A stretch of 64,000 nucleotides of DNA, from assembly GCA_008632985.1 (NCBI GenBank), contig QPGO01000009.1:62001-126000 (forward strand). The letters run 5' to 3'. Both the position numbers and the translations under genes were made by a program. This document shows positions 10,793 to 23,964 of this stretch, one piece after another. Each line of letters opens with the position of its first letter. Position 1 is the first letter of the stretch. The notes beneath the pieces are model-generated. The model was not told where the DNA came from. It saw nothing but the letters and a program-made list of their open reading frames with translations, and did not search any database. The stretch is from Psammoneis japonica. Lineage: Eukaryota.

Positions 10793-13029
10793 CGCCCGTA
10801 GCGCTTCAGTAGAAATTTGGTAAAGAGGAGCTTTTTGTGCGGGGCCACACGATTTCTACGAGTACGTAGACAGTACGGGGCCGGCTACTTGATCATACCC
10901 ATCCTCAAAGATGGATACATCTATTCAAAATGACGCTACGGGGCTGGCCGAAGAATTCTACTGCATGTCAACGGCAAGAATTTCTACTTTTTTTCAGTAC
11001 CACAGATTCGCTACGTGCGGCCCCGTACTCATAACACGTGCTTTCCCTTCCCATGCAACGGCCAAAGTGGATTTGAACTTCGCACACAATTTTCGACAAG
11101 CTACCGGCGGCCTCAACCGGTCCCGGCGTCCGTGACTGAAATTTCATAACGGTGAAGTACGACAATCGAATAATTCGATTGGACTCAACCGGTCCCGATT
11201 TTGCATTAAAAACGGCATGTTGTACTTTGATGCATCTCGCCATGGCATACGTCGTGATGACGATGCGTTATGCAGGGGGGATCTTTTTCTACCAATGTTG
11301 TAAAGAGGTTGATATGTTGGTTTGGTTTCCTGGGGTGCTTTGGTTGCTACACATGCTATAAACGGTTGCGTGCCTCGACTCGTGACTCGATTACGGCACG
11401 GTGCTGGTAACATCTGAATGGTCGACAACGTTGCGTGGTAAGTTCTTTCCATATTTTCTCATTTTATACCGTTTATGCGCTCACTAAAGATGTTGTTGGT
11501 GCTTTGTTATAGGTTCATAGGTTCATTGATCGTCTCGTACGGTTGATTATCGCTTCTGCAATATTGGCATCTTGTTCACGGCGTTTGCACCGCATCAGCG
11601 CTCCAAGTAAGGAGCCTTTCGCTTGCTCCCACGCAATGATCTTTTGTGGAAAGTTTCATATAATATTGGTGGGCTTGTGACACTCTTGGCTTGCTTCTAA
11701 GGGACTTGATCGGCTCGTAATAACGGCATTTCGTTTTTCGGCCATCACAATTTCTGAAAAGTGCATGCATTCAGAATGAAACGATGCGAAGGAGCATCGA
11801 GGACACCTATGACGTTGTTGTTTGTCAGACAGACGTACCATAAACCGGAGAAGCTACCCCTGTGAGTATGTCGTGATTGATTGAGTTTTGGTCTCGTTTT
11901 GACGAAACTCGCATGCCTCACTAGCGTTTTTTGGTGTCTCCAGTTCATGCGTCAGGCATGTGGTCTATAATGACCCTTTCTTCCTACTCTACAATGGCAT
12001 TATCATCACTATCTAAGAAATTATATCGCCCACGCTATTTTGGGAGATCTTGGTAGTGTATCGACTAGTCTAGGCTTTGCAATGGGTAAAATGAGGAGGT
12101 GGAGGCTTTTATGGCCGGGCTCCTCGCCTACTCTTGGATGCGTGGATGCAACGAACAGCTGGTAGTACTTGATGCCATGAAATTTGGTAGGGCAACTCAG
12201 AACTACCTCTGAAAGGTGCACTAGTGAGTATACTGTGATTTGTGTTCTCATTGGCTTATTGTTGTGTGCTTTGTTCCGCTCATATTTTCATTTTGCCTGT
12301 CATTTTTTCAGCATGGATACCTAGGACTGCGAGCGCTTAAAGTGGCCTTTCCATGCCAATGCTCTACACAACTGAAGTCCTTTGATAATAGTTGTGTTTT
12401 TGGGGAATCAGATTGTGGATCTTTCAGTATCTAGTGGGGTCTAGAGAGGTACCGTACGAGTTATGGATGCACTGTACTGCTAGAGTGCGCGTGCGCGTGC
12501 TTCGCCATTACGAATGATGACTAACCGATCTTACAGATCTTAGGTGGAGACAATTGTCCTGGTCTTGCATCCGTGAGGCAACTGTGGAAGTATCAAGGAA
12601 ACTATCGAATGCATTGTCCATTTGTGATCTTCTACTCGAAGCGGCGTTTTCGGCATTTTCCGTCGACGGCGAAAAGCTTGATAATCCATTAAAACGACTC
12701 ATGGTATTTTGTCATTCTTTGGAGGTATGATAGTATAACTCTTGGTATTGTAGTTTTCTTTAGTGGTATGATTGTATCGCTTGTCCGTCAGGAAGAACAA
12801 ACTACCGGTATCTTGCGTTGTCATTGCGCTGTGGGGTTGATGCGGCGCAGCGGCGCTCGGAATTCAAATCGAGCGAGCGTCCGTCAGTCAGCCGGCGGGA
12901 CCGGTTGAGGCAGCGGGACCGGTTGAGGCCGCCGGCAGCAAGCGCCATCCTCCAATCTATCATCACCCGTCAGACCGTCAAGTTCAATCATCACCATGAG
13001 CAAGCTTCCGCATTCCACCCACGGATCTC

Positions 13030-15128
13030 CTCCCGTGTGGATGGAAACATCGCCTCTTGTTCCTCCAAGGGAAGGCATTGGCAGATGCTCGACTCCTGTC
13101 AGGCTTGGAGGAACTCCAAGTGTTGGAGGAACTCCACTGACTCCTTCAAAGATCGCCGACTCCGAGAACTGCTTTGTCGCCGACATGGTGGAGGATTTGC
13201 ATTCAGGCCCACCACCCGAGAAGCCATCGACCCTTTTCGACATTGACAAGCCAACTGAACACCCTTTGGTCCGACTGAGCCAGAGCAAACTCCTTGTGCA
13301 GAGCAAAAGCTGGAGGGCCGATGTTGAGGAGAAGCAGACGATGTTGGACGATGCACATTCCAAGAGAGAGGGGATTGCAGAGGAATGCAACGAGAAATCT
13401 GAAAGTCTTGCTGAAGTCAGAGTCAAAGCTCACCCGCTCTTGGAGGACATGGAAAGCCTTGGAACAGAGCTCGCTGCCTTGGAACAAGTCAGCAAGGAGG
13501 AAGACAAGAAGATCGCCAAGGCCGAGGATGAATGCAAGTGGAAACTTCGAGTGACAGACACCATTGATCCACTCTTAGCACCTGACGGCACCAAGAAGCC
13601 CTTTGGAGGTGAAGCAGACAAGGAATTTGTTCGGCGCTCTCTGGGGTGTGCATCCCGCGCTGTGTGCATGCGCATGAATCGAACCGCCGTCGAGATTCGC
13701 CTGAGTGTCCTGGTCAACTGCGGGTGGAGCTCAAACATGCATTTCATGGGACTCTGGCGAGTGCCCTTAGAATCACAACATCTCTGGGAGAGCAAACATG
13801 GAAATGCTCCTGACCTGTGATGTGGCAAGCGCAGCATGTCCCTGGATGATCACCGAGGAAGGCTTGCTGACTGTCTTGGTTTAGTCGCGGGTTCCGATGG
13901 AGACACAGAGCCATTCAACCAGGCACAAGTTCTGGCAGATGCCAGTGAGGATGACCTCAAAAGCGTGTTGCTTGGAGAGGATGCGGATGCGGAGAATGGC
14001 AGCAACTCGGCTGATCGCCCCAATCTGATGCGACTTGGGTCTGTCGAGTTGGAATGCATCCATGACAAGCTTCGTCATCGCAAGCGCCTCCCTGTGCGGA
14101 TGGATGCATCGCCTCCAATTCCTCCAAGGGCAGGCATTGGCAGACACTTGACTCCTGTCAGGCTTGGAGGAACTCCGCTGACTTCTTCAAAGATCGCTGA
14201 CTCCGAGAACCGCTTTCTCGCCGACCTGGTGAAGAACATGTGTTCAGGCCCACCACCCGAGAAGCCATCGACCCTTTTCGACATTGACAAGCCAACTGAG
14301 CACCCTTTGGTCCCACTGAGCCAGAGCAAACTCCTTGTGCTGAGTGAAAGCTGGAGGGCCGATGTCAAGGAGAAGCAGACGATGTTGGGCGACGCGTTCC
14401 AAGAGAGAGGGGATTGCAGAGGAGCACAATGAGAAAGCTGAAAGTCTTGCCGAAGTCAGAGTCAAAGCTCACCCGCTCTTGGAGGACATGGAAAGCCTTG
14501 AAACAGAACTCGTTGCCTTGGAACAAGTCAGCAAGGAGGAAGACGAGAAGATCGCCAAGGCCGAGCATGAGTGCAAGTGGAAACTTCGAGCGACAGACAC
14601 TGTTGACCTGCTCTTAGCACCTGACGGCACCAAGAAGCCCTTTGGAGGTGATGCAGACAAGGAATTTGTTCGGCACTCCCTGGGATGTACATCCCATGCT
14701 GTGTGCATGCGCGTGAGTCGAACCGCCGTCGAGATTCGCCTTCGTGTCTTGATCAACTTCGGGCGGAGCTCAAACGCGCACTTCACAGGACTCTGGCAAG
14801 TGCTCTTAGAATCACGATCTCTTTGGGAGAGCAAACATGGAAATGCTCCTGGCCTGTGATGTGGCAAGTGCAGCATGTCCCTGGATGATCACCGAGGAAG
14901 GCTTGCTGACTGTCTTGGTTTAGTCGCGGGTTCCAATGGAGACACATGGCCATTCGACCAGGTGCAAGTTCTGGCAGATGCCAGTGAGGATGACCTCAAA
15001 AGCATGTTGCTTGGAGAGGATGAGGATGTGGAGAACGACGGCAACTCGGCTGATCGTTCCAATCTGACACGGCTCAGGTCCATCGAGTTGGAATGCATCC
15101 AAGATGAGCTCCGTTGTTGCAAGCACCG
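13030..15128 (+). repeat. Tandem duplication of a ~1.04-1.06 kb coding-like unit inside a TpA-depleted block (unknown protein, probably TE-associated)
   Basis: ORFs 12996-13820/14344-14859 and 13836/14875 encode near-identical peptides (SGPPPEKPSTLFDIDKPTEHPLV, MSLDDHRGRLADCLGLVAGS). Confidence 0.88.
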
Positions 15129-16789
15129 CCGACTTGCCTGAACAGCCCCTGAAATTCGAAATTTGCACAGCTGTTGCATGTGGGTGTCTGACGATGCACT
15201 TCTTGTTGAAGAACCAGTGGCAAAAGAGATTCCTGGAATTGGGTTCCAGCATGTGTGGCAAAGTCTTGCTGAACTGACGTCTCGGACCCATTGCAGTCAT
15301 GCAAATGGAAGCAGCTTCTAAAGTGCAAATAAAGAGAGTTTTGGCTCTGCTCACTGCTTTCCTCTCATCACTTACAAAGCAGCATTTGGTGCAGGACTTA
15401 AGATGTTTTTGTGCGGTTTCGCAAGCAAGAACTGCCATTGATCCATTCTTCACCAAAAGAGGCCAAGTAGAGTGAATCAACTGTGGCCTGTTTGTGCCTC
15501 TTTAGGCCCAACTTTGCTGACAGGTTCAGGGAGGACACAGTTCTGGATTCGCGTCAGTCTTGTTGCGAGCCCATGCAAACTTTCCGTTCTCCCCGCCTTG
15601 ATGCCGATGCATTTGATGACAGTCGTGAGATCCTTGATTTAGCGTGCACCACTTTTCGGCAAATGTTGTTTTGTTGTGACAAGCCATTCTCTCCTCACAT
15701 GGAGTGAAACGAGCCAACTCACCCTTCTTTGTGTCTTTCGTGTTGCAAACAGTTGGAACGCAGTGCCGAGTGTCAAACGAAAATTCCGCAGCTGTTTGTG
15801 ACCAAAAGGCGGAGCAACGTGAAGTCAAGTCCCCGACCCCAAGGGCCATGTTGCACGATGTGCTCGAGAAACTCCAACTCTAATCCACAGTCCTCACAGC
15901 ATGCTCCAAAGACTGCCATGTCTGACTCGACTTGCTCAAAGCTGCGCGGCAAGTGTTGCTGTGATTCCAACACAAAATCCACCAGTCCCTTGACGTGATG
16001 CCCCCAATTTCGACCAAACCCACCCGGTCGACTCTTGTTGCCCTTGATCCAAATGACAAAGTCATGGCAAGCACTCCCTTCTGCAACAACAATGCCGGGA
16101 CAGCCTGGTTTTAGACAGCCGCCGAGCGACAAATCGCGAGCTTCTCAAACAATGCTTCTGAGTCTGCCTTTGTCAACAATGTGGTGACACCAAATCCAAC
16201 GCCTGCCAAAGCCAGAGTGTTCCTCTGCAATTTCTTCCATTTTTTTTGTTCTCCACTTGGGTGTCGCATTTTTCCTCAATGTCCGGAACGTCTTGTGATT
16301 CCCGAATCACTTGCAGCACGGCCTCTCCTCTGACAAGAGCCTCGGCTTTGGTCGTCAAGACAGCAGACAGCTCTGGACGAGCTGCTCTCGACAAGCCCTT
16401 GATGAAAATGACTGCGACATGCAAAGGACGTTTTTCTGGACACCCGGGAACCAACGAGAACTGCATTTTGGCATGGTCAAGAGACAGCTCCAGGTCGAGC
16501 TGTGGCGCTGTTGTTGTTGTTGTTTCAGTGGAATTGAGGTTCTTCTCCACAAGGGATTGCGCGTGTCGCAACGCGGATGGACTCTTGACGACAAGATCTT
16601 GTTCACAAATTGCTTGGAGAACTTCAATCTCTTCCAATGCCCTCCGAGGGATTCCTCGAGATTCACAACAGTCGAAGACAAAACAGTTCAAGGGAGCAAC
16701 AACAGACCATGCATGTGCGACAACTGTTGCAATGGGGTTGTTGGTTGTGAGCGGCTGGCAGTGGGTTCAGTGCGGGTAAAATGGTTGCA

Positions 16790-17753
16790 CGGGATGCGGG
16801 TGATCACGCGCACGGGTGAACGAATTCACGTGTCACACCGGTGAATTTGTGCTGGTTTGCTGCGCAGGGAGAATTCACACGGGTGATCACACGGGTGAAT
16901 TTGCACTGGTTGACTGCGCAGGGAGAATTCACACGGGTGAATTTGTGCTGGTTTGCTGCGCAGGGAGAATTCACACGGGTGAATTCACGCGGGTGAATTT
17001 GTGCTGGTTTACTGCGTACTGTAGAATTCACACGGGTGAATTCACACGGGTGAATTTGCACTGGTTTACTGCGTAGAATTCACGCGGGTGAATTTGTGCT
17101 GGGGAGAATTCACACGGGTGAATTCACGCGGGTGAATTTGTGCTGGTTTACTGCGTACCGGTAGAATTCACAAGGGTGAATTCACACGGGTGAATTTGCA
17201 CTGGTTTACTGCGTAGAATTCACACGGGTGAATTTGTACTGGCTTACTGCGCATGGAGAATTCACACGGGTGAATTCACACAGGTGAATTTGTACTGGTT
17301 TACTGCGCAGCTAGAATTCACACGGGTGATCACACGGGTGAATTTGTGCTGGTTTGCTGCGTAGAATTCACGCGGGTGAATTCACACGGGTGAATTTGCA
17401 CTGGTTTACTGCGTAGAATTCACACGGGTGAATTCACACGGGTGAATTTGTGCTGGGGAGAATTCACACGGGTGAATTCACGCGGGTGAATTTGTGCTGG
17501 TTTACTGCGTACCGGTAGAATTCACACGGGTGAATTTGCACTGGTTTACTGCGTAGAATTCACACGGGTGAATTTGTACTGGTTTACTGCGCACGCGGGT
17601 GATCACACGGGTGAATTTGTGCTGGTTTACTGCGTAGAATTCACGCGGGTGAATTTGTATTAATACACTGGTTTACTACGCATGGAGAATTCACACGGGT
17701 GAATTCACGCGGGTGAATTTGTGCTGGTTTACTGCGTAGAATTCACACGGGTG
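16790..17753. repeat. Complex satellite built from GAATTCACACGGGT and GAATTTGTACTGGTTTACTGCGTA modules
   Basis: Dozens of interleaved copies of the two modules; many EcoRI sites. Confidence 0.95.
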
Positions 17754-19728
17754 GCGAAAATTGTCAAGAAACAGAGAGTTCGTCAAACTTGCGGCTAGTG
17801 CTCGTGTGTACCGTACTGACAAGACACATCTTTGTTTCTTCCCAGTCGACGGTGAGAACACGCGTTGGAGGCATCGGGAGGAAACAAGCTGGAAGCTTTT
17901 GATTTGCAGGTCATTCGTTTTCGGTTGATGTACGTCTAATCCAGAACTTGTTGAGATTTTTACGATCTTGAGATGTTGCGTCGACGTCCCTCGACGCAAC
18001 CACTCCAAGGTCTTCACCCACGAGACGACAGGGAAGTATTGGTGCTCTTGGGCCGCCGCATGATCTTACCCTGATACTTCCAGAACCCGCTTGAGATCTT
18101 CATGTCTGCCTTGCTTTGTTTTGGGCCAGCCAAATTGGGCAGAAACGCGGAAAACTGGTGTGATGGGTAACGTAGGAAGTGTTGCTGCAATAGGTTGGTC
18201 AATTCTTGCATTGAAAGTGGTTGTCATTTTCCATTTGAAATTAGAAATTCTTTGCGCCAAGGACCTTTGGAAGGCGACTTCGAACGAATGGCGGGCTCTG
18301 ACTGAACAGGACGACACTACTGCCGTTGCTCCTGCTGCCGTTTCACTTTGGAGCAATGACCCCGTGCGTGTTGTGGCCTCACAAGCCGGGTATAATGATA
18401 CTTTCGAGTAGTACGAAAACAAGGAACAATCTTTGACACAGAAAATCTAAACGATTTATTCAATGCCACGCCAGTACGCGGTATTCTTGGCTCAGTTCCT
18501 ACACCGCCCCAAGACAAGCAAGAAAGTGAACCTCAAGGACAATCTCTAAAGTAGGAGACGGTCTTCACTGGGCTCCAAAATGGTAAGCCACAAAATAAGA
18601 ACCCGTGGAGCAGTGTAGTATAGGAGAAGCCGAGCTACTACAACTTGTACTCACCAGCAGTCCATTTGCCAGCCTAAAGTGCAACAAAGACATACCGGAT
18701 GATTGTAAACACGGAGGTGCGGTTTAGCTGCAGGTAGCATGAAGCGGGCTATCACACTAAAGCTTCTCTAGAGTAATTGTAATGTCGGAATCAATGGTTG
18801 GCGTTCATCTCCATGAACGCTTCCACCCCCGTCGTTGTACTGTTTACGCGCCCAAACTGTTCACTCGTGACTTTCTATGCATTAAAATGTTTCAGATTCA
18901 ATTTCTTCGGGGGGCCTGCGGACTTCCATGAGATACTTGTACCGCGTAATCGCCGCCGGTGACACAAGGACTGATATAAGTACCGAACAACACCGAGCTT
19001 TGAAAGGTTGAACCAGACTCGGTACGGAAATACCGGTACAAATCTAATCAAGCACGTTCTGGACCAGCACTTGATGCAATTTTCTCTTTTCTATGCAAAA
19101 ATGAAAGGCACAAGAAACATACCGGTACGACTGTGAACTAAATGAAAAACTATTGTTGGATAAATCCGGAGACTCGCATGAGTATTTGAATCTCCCTGAT
19201 TGGACAAATGCCGAATTCGTCAACAACGACTCATCCGGGCGCAAGGGCAATAATACAGACGACCTCCGGGAGGTGTTGGACTGCCGATTCATAACTGCCG
19301 GGAAAGGAGTGAAAATCACGCTTCCTTGATGCAGGGCTGTCCAGCCGGATATATCAGAGGATCGATGCGAAGTAAGAACTCTCTTCCTCGCGTTCACCAA
19401 GCGAGGGACCCGGGCACCCACCTCAGCACCGGTGGACTACGTATGATGATACCGCCCTTCGAAGTGACTGGCTCTGGTTTGTCTTGATAGATCCCTGCCA
19501 TGTAGGCGATAATCCAGCCAATTTCCCAGAAAGTTATTGTATTTCGGCACCGAAGGAAAGCCCAATTACTCCGGTCGTATTAATTCTATAATCCATGACC
19601 ACAACGACAACACGGAGTCCAGTGTAGAGAGTTTCGCCAGACGAACGCCTTGTCTGACGAACTCTATGGTGGGCGCAGAGACTGCAATAGCAGGCTGGCA
19701 ATAAGAATGAATCTAACGACTGCATCCA

Positions 19729-21384
19729 TCACTTTTTATTCTTCTTGCCCTTTCTTTGCATAATCGGCAACATTTCCGCACGTCGGTCAGTCGTATCCTC
19801 CTTGTTCAGTCCTTGGTACCTCAGATTCTGGTTGGCAAATCCAAACTTTTTGACTTGCATGACTTTTGGTAGATTACGCTTGTCTACTCGATCGGCTCCT
19901 GTCGCTGCCATGCTGTATTCTGCGGCACGGTGCCGAATATCGGTTTCATCTCTCAAAGAGTCCTCGTCCATGTAAAAGGCACCCCGGTGATGATAACGTT
20001 GCATGTAGCTATGCTTCTTAATGTCCTTGGTCTGTTCATTTTTATCACGTAGCTTCATGATTTCTTCATCCGTCATATTTCGTCGCTTCTTGATTTCTTC
20101 CTCTTGCTGCTTGAGTCGTAATTGTCGATCCACTTGTTCCAAGAGCCGCTGTAGCTCTCTCACTTCCCAAGCGTCTCGTTCCAGCAAAGCTTGCTGTGTC
20201 GTCGACTTTGGATCCTCGTCACTTGGCATTTCATTTGTGGCGCCGCCACCCTCTTCTTGCTCGTCTTGAATGGTGATAGTCTGCTCGTCCATGACAGCCT
20301 TGGCCACCATGGCTCTTGATTCCATAATTTGCTTCTCCTTTTGTTGCTTGACAGCTTGCTCCTTTTTCTTTGCCTCCAGTTCTTCTTGCTCGGCTTGTAT
20401 TTGAATCTTTCTCTTGTGCTTTGGAACAAATACTGGTTTGATGCGGACTTCTTCTTCTTCTTCGGATGATGATGACTCTTCACTGCTTGAACTAGAGTCG
20501 TCTTCACTACCACTGCTGCTACTACTCTCGGAGGAGGACGACGTCTTGATGGGTTTCTTTGCAGGAGATTTCAGCGGAAAGTTACTTGACGCGGATACTT
20601 CTGATTCAGCAGTTTCTGACGGTGGTACAAGCACGGGACTTTTGTCTGGCTTCCCTTGTTCCTGTAGTTTCTGTTGCTTTCGTTTGGCCAAAAGTCGTTG
20701 ACGGCGATTGTCAACCGATGAGTCGTCGTCACTACTGCTGCTATCAGCCTTGCCATAATTAGATGATGATGATGATGACGGCGAGGAATGACGTCGCTTC
20801 CGGCTACGTCGAGCAACTCGAGCATCTCCAACACTGCTTTCAGAAGATGATGATGAGTCGTCATGACGACGGTGCTTTGGTGTCGCTTCTCGAGTCTTTG
20901 TCGGTTCTCGGGTCTTTTGCACAACAATTTGCGGCTCCACCTTGGTGCGTCGCCTGGAGTGTACCACGAATCCGCTGTCACTATCGCTGCTTTCATCTAA
21001 ATCACCCAGTTTCTCATATTCTGTGCGCTCTTTTTGATTTTGTTGTGGCTGCTGTTGCGTCTCCAGCATTTCTTGCACCGCCGTAAGGCCTTGTCGCTGC
21101 TTCTTCTTCTTCGCTGCGTAGTGACGACTCTGCTTCTGAAGTTGAGATGTAGAAAGAGTCTTTTCCAACTGCTTCTGCTTTAAAAGAGCCGCGGTCTGAG
21201 CTGTAGTAAGTCGAGAAACATCCTCGCTCTTGTCAATTGTCTTTTTAGACGCCTTTCGATTCCCGTAAAGAGGCTGAGAAGACGACGTCGAGGTGGAGGT
21301 GGAGATTAACGCTTCACTCCCTCCAAGTAGAGCTGCCATCTCTGCTCGGCCAAAGTCTGAATTATCCTTGGGAGGGTTCGACAT
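19729..21384 (-). CDS. MFAP1: Microfibrillar-associated protein 1 homolog (spliceosomal B-complex protein), 551 aa
   Basis: KPVFVPK, AWEVRELQR, QRYHHRGAFY and DKRNLPKVMQVKKFG motifs; Ser/Arg-rich N-terminal half. Confidence 0.88.
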   Translation of the reverse strand: MSNPPKDNSDFGRAEMAALLGGSEALISTSTSTSSSQPLYGNRKASKKTIDKSEDVSRLTTAQTAALLKQKQLEKTLSTSQLQKQSRHYAAKKKKQRQGLTAVQEMLETQQQPQQNQKERTEYEKLGDLDESSDSDSGFVVHSRRRTKVEPQIVVQKTREPTKTREATPKHRRHDDSSSSSESSVGDARVARRSRKRRHSSPSSSSSSNYGKADSSSSDDDSSVDNRRQRLLAKRKQQKLQEQGKPDKSPVLVPPSETAESEVSASSNFPLKSPAKKPIKTSSSSESSSSSGSEDDSSSSSEESSSSEEEEEVRIKPVFVPKHKRKIQIQAEQEELEAKKKEQAVKQQKEKQIMESRAMVAKAVMDEQTITIQDEQEEGGGATNEMPSDEDPKSTTQQALLERDAWEVRELQRLLEQVDRQLRLKQQEEEIKKRRNMTDEEIMKLRDKNEQTKDIKKHSYMQRYHHRGAFYMDEDSLRDETDIRHRAAEYSMAATGADRVDKRNLPKVMQVKKFGFANQNLRYQGLNKEDTTDRRAEMLPIMQRKGKKNKK

Positions 21385-22299
21385 GGTTCAGTGGAGGGGT
21401 TGACTAGTCTATGTGATAAACGGCGCCGCCGCTCCCGCCATGGAGGTCGCGCAGATGTGTTGAGTGAGTCCAGAGTGTTGAGTGTGTCGGTACGGGACGA
21501 CTCGCGGATGCAAGACGGACGATGTACCAGTCTACTGTACGTGCGTACGTACGTACCGTACGTACCGGTATGTATGTGCAGTTGTGAGACCCATCCGATC
21601 CCACAAAAAAAGGAAAGCCAAACAAAAGAAGCACAGAGGAAGCCATGATCCAGATCGATGATGCGCAGCCAAAAGCTGCCAAAACGTGAATCCTTTCGCT
21701 CTGGCAAACCGCGAGGACAATAGTTCTGTTAGGCTCGTGCATGGTGTCAGAATCTTAAAAAAAAAACACAGTATCGGCTGTATCGAAGCATAGAAGTGTG
21801 TGGTGGCTGTGCTGTTTCTGGCCCGAGCGCATTCATTCCAAGCACAACCAACACACCGCAACCACTGTCCGCCAAAAGAGCATCAGCAATTCGAAAATCG
21901 AGGTCAAAATGTCTCTCGGAGAAAGCGAAGGATAAGTAGCTTGCGTCTTTGTCGTGTCATACGTGGGACAAAAAACACATTAAAGAGCTGCCGCCGACCG
22001 AAAGTAGCATTTTCCTCGAGTGTCATGCGACACGCCCGAAGTTGAACCGATTCTTGCTAGACCTCCAGAACAAGACTTGAATGTTTGTGATTGTCAACAT
22101 CACCGGAGCCAATGTGTGCATTGTCTTTGTGGCGTTGACTGCCAGCCTCTTTTGGGCTTTTTGACCTTGGAACCGCTCGATTTACGAGTCAAAATTCGTG
22201 CCTCGCTGTCAATCCTGACGAACGAGAACATGCCCGCCGTCTCTTGCCGATTGTCCAACAACATCACCGCTTGCTCGTCACATTGCTCTTGATAAATGC

Positions 22300-23290
22300 T
22301 ATATTCTATGAAACATTGCCCCTATTTCTGGACAACATTTTGCCGTCATGGGGGCGATTCTGTTGGTATTCTGCGCAGTGCAATCATTGCCGGTCCGAAC
22401 CAACTCAAGTGAGCTAGTCAGTTGACTCTGCTATTGAAATGCTTCATGTGGAGCCTGCATGTGGAGCCTGTGTCCACTGGTACTGCCCTTGACCATGCTG
22501 TTGGACTGCTTGGTACCGAATGGCAAACACGGAGCTGAAAGTGTCGATGGAGTAGCACCGGCTGAAGAAGCCTACCACCGGGAGAACTCAGCGCCTTGGT
22601 CCGAATCCAATATGAAGATCGCCACGAACGTTGCAGTCTACAATGTCACCGCATGATTTGACAACAGCAGCTGATCTTGAACGGAACGAGAAAGAGACAA
22701 GGCACTCACTATTGATCCACCAGGAAGGCCAAACGGATGCGTCCGGACTTCCATCTCACACCCCTCGTCTTTATCATTCGGAAGTCAAGCTAGTCGAGGG
22801 AGCCTTGATGATGACTACCGAGGGTGCTCTGGACATATACACGCTCCAACGAATGCTTTTCATGGCGCATGAGAACTTGGAACTTGATCGGGCCGAAATT
22901 TCCAAGATTTTACGCCGAAGGATAATCTCGCGATCCCGTGTGTCGACCCAATAATGACAACAACGATGATCGCACGATTATTTTCCGGTATCCTGGTGAC
23001 CCGGCAACATATACTGACCGACTGGGACGATCGACGTGCCGTCAACTCTTTGCCATTGTACCCGGCTGCATGTGTGAGTCCTCGCACCAATCTCGCTGAG
23101 CTTCTCAAGATCCTACAGCATGGTGGCAGTCACATAGCACTGCTGTGTACTTCACCCGAATGCAGTACCTGCCGATGATGGGGTTCCTTCTCTGTACAAA
23201 CCCGTGCATTGGCATTGTCATGCTCGAAGACGTCATGGAGGCCATTTTGCACGACTCTATATACGACGAAGATTTAGCGGCCAGTGGATT
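22300..23290 (+). pseudogene. Old, degenerate CNNM/DUF21-CBS paralog
   Basis: HSEVKLVEGALMMTT, LPLYPAACVSPRTNLAELL and GIVMLEDVMEAIL fragments match the intact CNNM at 35355-37082; multiple stops and frameshifts. Confidence 0.75.
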
Positions 23291-23964
23291 GGGATCATAT
23301 TATTGATGAAGAACAAGAAGTTCAAGAAACGGGTTCTTCTACACAAGAGACGACTACCAGCATTCCGGTTCCACCGACCGCGTCAAGTGAAACTATGTCG
23401 ATGAAAAACAAGACGAGAATGATGTATCTCATCAAGACTCGCAGTATCAGGAAGTGAGTTAGCCAATTCATCAAGACTTGCAAGATCAAGGCATGACGGA
23501 ATTGTCTGTTTCTCCAACTCCATCATCGCAAAGTTCGAGTTTGATTCGTGACGATCCTGATTGAATTCTACTCAAGCAGTGTATTGAAAACTCCAGTATC
23601 AAGGCTGAAGAAAGTGGCTCATGGAAAAAATCGATCGAGACATTATCAAAGCAAAAGAACGGGATTTCATGGACAGGATTGATAAATACATTCTTGCAGC
23701 CGAACGGGCTCCTTCTCCACCGCCACAGCCATTGCCACCCTATGTCAGACGTAAGGTAATGGACTTGTGTACTTATCAAGAGGCGCAGCAACAGGACTCG
23801 TCTATTGAGATTGATTTTGTTTTGACTACAACGAATGAGACAGAAGCTGATCGCCACAAGAAAGCACGTGATAATAACGACTCGTTGGAGGTACTTTATG
23901 TTGGCAGGGGCGGGCGTGTCTTAGACCTATATGGGGAGCCATATTGCTGTTCTGTCACATTTTG

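Noticed and set aside
16790..17753. CRISPR-like array
   Set aside because: No unique spacers, the modules are tandem and irregular, there are no cas genes, and the context is eukaryotic.
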